Assembly: GCA_030141605.1 (NCBI GenBank)
Contig: JAQGDQ010000096.1
Location: forward strand, 124,001-188,000
Length of the DNA: 64,000 nucleotides
Reading direction: 5' to 3'
Origin: Tubiluchus corallicola
Taxonomy: Eukaryota > Animalia > Priapulida
The translations under genes were made by a program, and so were the position numbers. The notes under the pieces are model-generated. The model did no database searches. It was not told where the DNA came from and was given only the letters and a program-made list of their open reading frames with translations. Shown one piece after another: positions 1 to 64,000 of this stretch; position 1 is the stretch's first letter, and each line of letters opens with the position of its first letter.

Positions 1-356
1 CCACTGGTATGGTGTGCTCTTTCAACCCAACAACACAAAAAGCAGTGCTTTTTAAAGATATAATAATATATCTATATATATACCTGTAGTGCATTTTACT
101 TCATTTGTATGAATAAGGTTTTAATGTGTAAGAGAACAACTGCGTAAATCTTTCTGCAAGTAATTTGAATTGTTTCACACTGAACTGCCTCACAGAAGAA
201 TTTAACAGCTGAAGCTTGTATATGAATACAAATATTAAGTATTGAGTTGACTGGTAATATATGTATACAACGTTTCTCAGTGCTGCAGTGTATCTGGTGT
301 GTATATACAACACAGATAATTTACAAATTACAACTGATTAACTGATCAACTAATAC

Positions 357-401
357 CTGCATATCAGAGGTCAAACGATGAAGGAGCACTTCCCTTAAAC
401 T
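357..401 (-). CDS. MPRIP: Possible MPRIP-like exon 18 (SLREVLLHRLTSDMQ)
   Basis: tatag acceptor, CAG|gtatt donor, phase 0; loosely resembles ELNNRLAAEI. Downstream exons and the stop codon are not resolved. Confidence 0.45.
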
Positions 402-555
402 CTATACACGACTAAAGAATACTAAATTGTTCCCTTCTCTTCATTATGTCTTCAGACTTACAAAATGGAGAGCAAAGCAGATGATCGTGTTACTTATTAT
501 TTGGTAAAATTGAATCGCAGAAAATCAAGTTCACAAAAATGCAATATATTCAAAC

Positions 556-41799
<41,244 letters not shown>

Positions 41800-42139
41800 A
41801 TCTACAGTAAGACAGGCTATATCAAATTTATGCAGCCAGGCACTTTCTTCAAGCTCAGTGTGGTCATCTTGTCTTTAACAATTCTTTCAAAAATATAGAT
41901 GGCCGTGTCAGTTTGAATATGTACCCATACTGCAAAGATATAACAAACTGTTTAGCGATAACACAGAACATAAATATTTATAAACTACATTGAGTAAAAC
42001 AATACTAGAATCTTTCAAGATTAAGCTCTTTAATTATCTACGTGCACAAAGGCAAAACACAAGCGAAACAAAATTTATGCTAATGAAAGTTAAACTACCA
42101 AAACCATAACAAGCAAATTTTAATGCCTTTTACAAACCG

Positions 42140-42440
42140 AACTCTCGTAAGTTGGCTTATGTCATGAAAGACAAGTACGAAAAAAGCTATCTTGTCCGTT
42201 ACAGCAACATGGCCGACTTTTTCATCTTACACTTCTTGAAGTTACAGCACCGAGTCCGATACTAAAATTTACTGAACTTTTGCTGAAGTTCGAACTTCTG
42301 ACACAAATAAAACCAGTGGTAAAGCAAAGCCACTAAGTCCAACACTGCGCAGTCACTGGATGCACAATCTGCGCAACTCTCTGCTCACAAGTCCAACGCA
42401 ACGTCTACAAATCGCCTCGTTTACGCTTTGGCCTGATTTT
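42140..42440 (-). promoter_or_regulatory. Candidate promoter / non-coding first exon of the MPRIP-like gene
   Basis: Locally CpG-richer island; minus-strand donor aagt|gtaaga at 42230; YY1-like AACATGGCCG at 42206-42215. Confidence 0.4.
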
Positions 42441-43644
42441 ATTTCATCTTTGGCTTAGTGCCTTAGATACCAAATATACTTGTAAAAGTAACAAATCAAC
42501 AATTATGTTATGGCGCTATACTTAGAAATAATATAAAAACAGTGAATTATAAAATAAGCATGGTACAATTATTAGATGTTTCAAGAGAGAGTTTGATGGA
42601 CAGAATATGGCAGATTGTGTTAAACCTGTAAGTCTGTAACGTGCCCTGGACTGCTTAAAGATGCTGCACTGTAGTAGTAGTGGTGGTGGTGGTGTTGGTG
42701 TTGGCAGTGGTGGCAGCAGAAGCAGCAGCTCTAGTAGACCTCTCAATGACTAGAGAACTTTCTAATTCATTATTAACAACATTGCTGTGCCACCTAGGAA
42801 TCGATTCGTAGCAAAGATGGAGCACGAGAAGTAGATGATGAAATGTCTGAAATGGTGTGTGAAAGTTTCCAGCTATCTTTTGTATCATATTTAAATGGAT
42901 TGTGGTCAGAGATCATGGCTTGGCGTGTTACTATAGCAACAGTGCAGCAATTTCAATTAAGCTTTGGAAAAGTTATGGGTGTAACTGCAGGTACAAGTCC
43001 TACATGTGAAACGTCACCCTAAAAATTCTGACTGTGTTGGACTTTAAGTAGTGCTCCACCTCCAAATTATTAGATAGTTTTTGCAAAAATCAGTAAGAGA
43101 TAAGCTCAGATACAAGAAAGGTGACTTCAATTTTGCAAAATGCAAACTGTACTCCACTGGACAGTATTGGTTGGGCACCACATTCACCACGTTTGAGATG
43201 AGATGTGCACGCATAGATATAACCACTAACTGAGAACGACATGCACCCATAGATATTGCCACTAATTTAATATGACAACATAATCCTTTTAAACAGCATA
43301 GGTAGGGAGGGACATACATGGCCAGATAAAAGAAGCAAGCCACATGGCACTACCACAACAGACTCTACCACACAAACATCAGTAGAATAGCATTAGCAAT
43401 TAAAGTACCACACAGCATCCCCTACTGGTCCAATAAGAATTGAAATTGCTGGAAATGACAACCTTTCTAATATAAGATCCCCCGACTTCCCAAGTTCTGG
43501 AATTTTAATTATGCCATCATGTGTATCTGCCATCCTTCCATAATTAGAATTTAAGCCAGTTATACCTAAACCACTCTGAGAAGCCTTAATGGCAAAACCT
43601 TTGGCGATGGCATTTATGTAGAAGAGAAACAAGCACTGCCCAAG

Positions 43645-44440
43645 GATCTGTACTTAGGCCGTGAATATTCCTCTTCTACATAAATGATATCATTGAAGGC
43701 AGGCGGTCCAAAGTGCTCCTGTTTACTGGTGATACCATGTCTTACTTAGCAATAAAGAATGAACAAATTGCTAGAATTCTTCAAGAGGATACTTCAGGAT
43801 AATCTTGCAGCCTGGTCAAGCAAATGGAGATGGAATTTCATCCTGACGAGTGTGAGGAACCCAGTGAGATGCCAATATTATATATGCATCAGAGGTGGAA
43901 TCATGCTCTCAGGTGGACTCACCACGTAGATCGGATTACATTTAAAGCTAACCCTATTCTTGGCTTTTTACAACAAAATATTGATGTCAACAATGCACAA
44001 ATTAAAGAATGGGCATACATGAACCTAGTGCACCCGAAGCTTGAGTATAGCCAGACTGTTTGGGATCCACACACAGTTTTTAGTAGCAAAGTTGGAATCA
44101 GTTCAGACAAGAGCTGTTAGGTTTACCCTGAACCGGTACAGGAGAACATCAAGTGTGACTGCCTTGATGACAGAGCGATGCTGGATGGCTAGGCTTGTAA
44201 TGTTTTACAAAATCTACAACCATCTATAGTAGCTGTTGATATACCTCTCCAGCCAAAATAAGAACGCTAACCCGTCACGTACGGGAAATTTATATTTGCA
44301 TACAACATATCATATTCTACTTGCAATTATCACCTTCACCCTTTTTCCCCCATGCACCGCAAAGGAATGGAATCACCTTCCAGAGTCATCAGTCCAACTT
44401 GGCATTCTCAATTTTTTCAGGAGTGCCATACACTTGATTT
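43645..44440 (+). mobile_element. 5'-truncated decayed LINE (CR1/L2-group) RT C-terminal fragment
   Basis: Frameshifted motifs LGP..FLFYINDI, LQED, W.MEFHPDEC, W..HVDRIT.KAN, LVHPKLEY..VWDPH, LESVQTRAVRF, EWNHLP. Confidence 0.85.
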
Positions 44441-45747
44441 AACTAAATTAAGGTAATCCATCTTAATAATTTGTTGAGTGCGGTGTAGTGTAGGGTGTGG
44501 AACCTGGCACTACCTTGGCGAGCTTGGAGATATTTTTATTTCTCTTATTATGCACCACTGTAAATAGTTTTATCTGCCACGTTTTGCATTTGCCAGCCTT
44601 TTTAAAAAAATTAAAGCACAGCCATGTGTTAGAGCCTTCAATAATGATGAAGTTAATACATTATCACGAAGAAGAAAAACACATTTAGCCATTTATTTGA
44701 GATCATTTGGATACTCGGCTACTGTAACAGATGTATTAATTTTTTCATTGTTACATTTTTGCATACAGTAATCATACAGACATCTTGATTTTTTGAATCG
44801 TAGCAGCTAATCGACGTATGAGCAAGGATTGAGTTTACTGCTTTCACTGATTGAAAAAATAAATACTGCCATTTATTTGGGTTGATTTGGATACCAGAGG
44901 GCCGTTCGAGGTAATTCAAGTAATTCTTGCATTTTCGTTGACCATCTTGGTTTTTGTTCTCCATTAAATTGTTTTTTCCTGTTAACACATTGGCAGTGTT
45001 TTGGAGCATAACATATATATCAAAATTAGTAAACTAATTGCACTAAATCCTAGAAAGGCAATTAAAGTGACACAATTGTCATTAGTGCAAACAGAAATAG
45101 ACATTGTTTAACATATAAAGCGCTGCAAAGTAGTTTGTTTATTGATCTGTATTTATTACTGTAAGTATTATGTTTTTAAATACACTATAATTTTCCATCT
45201 TACTGGCTATACTTTTTATGAGATTTTAATCATGTTACAAATTTTAATAATGTTTTTTAATCTCAATTTATTTTTATAATTTCAATATACCAACAGTCTA
45301 ATATAAGCTGCTGAAAATCAATTAAAAGTCAAACAAGAGGTTAGAAGATATCTAATTAATAGAACGGCTGAGGGAAAATTTCGTATCTTTACTATAGTTA
45401 TTTACTGCATAAGCAAACGCGTCCTTATAAATTAGATTTTTGTACTTGTAATATGACTAATGGTCAAGGTATTTTTTTATCATCATGTATCTATAGTTGT
45501 ACACTTTAAATGTCAAATCCATTAACAACGTCAAAATAATAATTTTACCGTGGCCATAATTTTATTAACACTAATCTACAGAGTGTAATAAATTAAAAAT
45601 GTAACCAAAATGTGAGAATTCTATGAGACTTTCTGTGAGATTCAGTATGCGTGTACCCCCATTTTACTCGCTTAAATCGCCATTACTAAGCAAGAAAAGT
45701 CCACTGCACAAACTGAGGCAAGTATAAAACACGTTAATCGTTCGTTC

Positions 45748-45829
45748 GGTAGCGTGGCCGAGTGGTCTAAGGCGCTGGTTTTAGGCACCAGTCTCTGCGG
45801 AGGCGTGGGTTCGAATCCCACCGCTGCCA
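45748..45829 (+). tRNA. tRNA-Leu, anticodon TAG, intronless, 82 nt with long variable arm
   Basis: GGTAGCG/CGCTGCC acceptor stem with discriminator A; A-box TGGCCGAGTGG; anticodon arm CTGGT-TTTAGGC-ACCAG; B-box GGTTCGAATCC; TTTT 9 nt downstream. Confidence 0.97.
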
Positions 45830-46579
45830 ATTCGCGATTTTGTGCCTGCCTCCTTTTTCTTTATTTAGTGGCATTTACTCTATTTTCCAATAATGAACAA
45901 TAGAAAAACTTTATATGTGGTCCCTCATCCAATAAAGTTTGAATAGGTCTCACAGATAAATACTTGTACCGTCCGTACAAAGGTGCAAACAGCTAAATAA
46001 AAAATTGGAAAACTCATGCAAAGAGAAATGCGTTGAACATATGTTTACAATTCCAAACTTCCAATGTAATGATTGCAAAGTGAGGAAATGCAGAGCAAGG
46101 GCCCATACAAACTATTATTACAGAAATAGAAGTTCAAGTCTAGGCTATATTGCAAGTTTTCGTTTTTCTCATCTTTCAAATTTGGCATCAAAATTAAATT
46201 AATTGCTGGTTGTAACTTTATACCTTCACCAGAACTGGATAGCCTTGCCAGTGCTTATAACAAACAATATAAATGTGCCTATGGATGCCAAAATTCGGAC
46301 TAATTATGAACTAACCAATGCAGTAATGATACACTAAACAGCAAAAAGTGACTTCTGCCTTAAACTGTAAAATATACTGTTGATGTATATATTTAATATA
46401 CAGTTGCAGAAGCATTTTAAATCTCTCCCAACAGGAAACTCATCATCATGAAACTCTGTTTTTCACAGTTTTTTTATTGGAAGTGAACTCACTAAACAAG
46501 AACTAAACCTTCTAATATGATTAATACTATACACAAAAAAAATGCAGATGTGTAGAATTTAAATATGATCATAGATCAC

Positions 46580-46589
46580 TTTATTTATT
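46580..46589 (-). promoter_or_regulatory. Candidate polyadenylation signals (overlapping AATAAA x2) for ABL
   Basis: The plus strand reads tttatttatt about 150 nt past the stop codon; AT-rich background makes this weak. Confidence 0.35.
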
Positions 46590-46733
46590 ACACGATTGTA
46601 CTTGGTAAATCATTGTTTATTTACACCTTGATGTTTGTCTACAGGTCATAAATAAAGGAAGAGATGTTGTATTAAAATGCAAAGATAATTAAATACTTTA
46701 CAAACCACAGAATGTACACACAACAACATTTAG

Positions 46734-62560
<15,827 letters not shown>

Positions 62561-62929
62561 AAGCCTAATAACACATCATATAACACGCAAGCAGCGATTT
62601 ACTGTAAAATATGCCAATTAATAAATTTACGGTTAATAATTTTTACATTTCTGAGTGTAAAACTGATAACATTCCTAATTTTGTAAATGCTAATAAAATA
62701 ATACAGGAATCATAACGCAAAAACTGAGAAACAAGAGCACAACATGTGATGATGTCATAGGGATATAGGCAAGCGCAGTACCAACCAGCAACCATAGATT
62801 CTAAAATGGTTTAGTTCAGTCCATAGTTCAACCAGAAAGCTTTAATTTTTTTGGTTTCAAGGACTTCAACCAATAATCTGTCTGATTTAACTTTTTCTCA
62901 CTTGACATGTATTTGACTGCATAATGCAG

Positions 62930-63683
62930 GCCTACATGTATTTTGTTTCTCTTATACATAGGGTGTAACATAACATTTCGCTGGAACAAGTACTATAGAA
63001 ATCGGATTTGAATCGAACTGAATTTCAGGCTACCGAATTCGAATTATGATGAATTCGAATTCAGTATTAAAATTTTTCGAATAAACTACGAATTTTTAAT
63101 AAAGCTAACAGTAAAACTCGATTTATTTTTGTAGATTGGCACCACTCACCTATCACCAAGACTATAATGACTAATTTGTGTAGCTAATATTAAGAATTAC
63201 AGTGGAAGTAGTTTGATGCACTTAACAATCTAATAACTCTACTTTTGCTTGTTGTTTTTAAGTGACGTGTTTGAGATTAGTTACTGTTTCTTATTTATTT
63301 AGTAGCCTACATGTATTTTGTTTCTCTTATACATAGGGTGTAACATAACATTTCGCTGGAACAAGTACTATAGAAATCGGATTTGAATCGAACTGAATTT
63401 CAGGCTTCCGAATTCGAATTATGATGAATTCGAATTCAGTATTAAAATTTTTCGAATAAACTACGAATTTTTAATAAAGCTAACAGTAAAACTCAATTTA
63501 TTTTTGTAGATTGGCACCACTCATCTATCACCAAGACTATAATGACTGATTTGTGTAGCTAATATTAAGAATTACAGTGGAAGTAGTTTGATGCACTTAA
63601 CAATCTAATAACTCTACTTTTGCTTGTTGTTTTTAAGTGGCGTGTTTGAGATTAGTTACTGTTTCTTATTTATTTAGTAGCCT
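62930..63683. repeat. 375-bp near-identical tandem duplication upstream of ABL
   Basis: gcctacatgtattttgtttctc starts at 62930 and 63305; the copies differ at only a handful of bases. Confidence 0.95.
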
Positions 63684-64000
63684 TAAATAATGTTTAACTG
63701 CACGTCCTACAAGTTGCTTCTGAAAATTAATATAGACTTAAAGGATATTAAATAATTATTTAGTCGTGTGCAAAGGCCATGCTAACAGCACAAATATTTT
63801 CTGAAATTTAATTACTATAATGAATCCGCAATCCAAACTTCAGAAGGAAGCTTATCGCCAATGCTGACGAAATTTTCACACTCAGTACTTATTTTCTTTT
63901 TACTGCAGCTTACAAAGTAGCGCATAATTGCTTTGGTTCTATAGTAAAAAAATAATAGATATTTTGAAAAATAGTCCACAAAAATCTTGGCTAAATTGTT

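Overview
AT-rich, intron-rich animal (invertebrate-like) nuclear DNA, not prokaryotic. The window holds two spliced protein-coding genes head-to-tail on the minus strand. The first is a complete Abelson tyrosine kinase gene (ABL; 13 exons, 62560->46734; my assembled CDS is 3420 nt, 1139 aa; Gly2 cap-SH3-SH2-kinase-PxxP-F-actin-binding end). The second is an MPRIP/TRIOBP/outspread-family gene (ATG at 41799; at least 17 coding exons down to 556; about 2215+ aa; N-terminal [12 protein letters not shown] motif, two PH domains, a 3.5-kb coiled-coil exon, one GC-AG intron; 3' end unresolved). A tRNA-Leu(TAG) gene lies between them. Introns and intergenic DNA carry a hAT-type MITE with an 8-bp TSD, a deleted Tigger/pogo element, several LINE fragments, a 2.7-kb 35-bp minisatellite with higher-order structure, duplicated GTN low-complexity cassettes and other tandem repeats. 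I found no convincing wholly new biological system. The best leads are the ABL-MPRIP linkage, the phase-0 cassette architecture around the giant exon, a speculative antisense nested micro-gene and several structured repeats. Exon boundaries were read by eye, and homology calls rest on recalled family motifs, not on searches.
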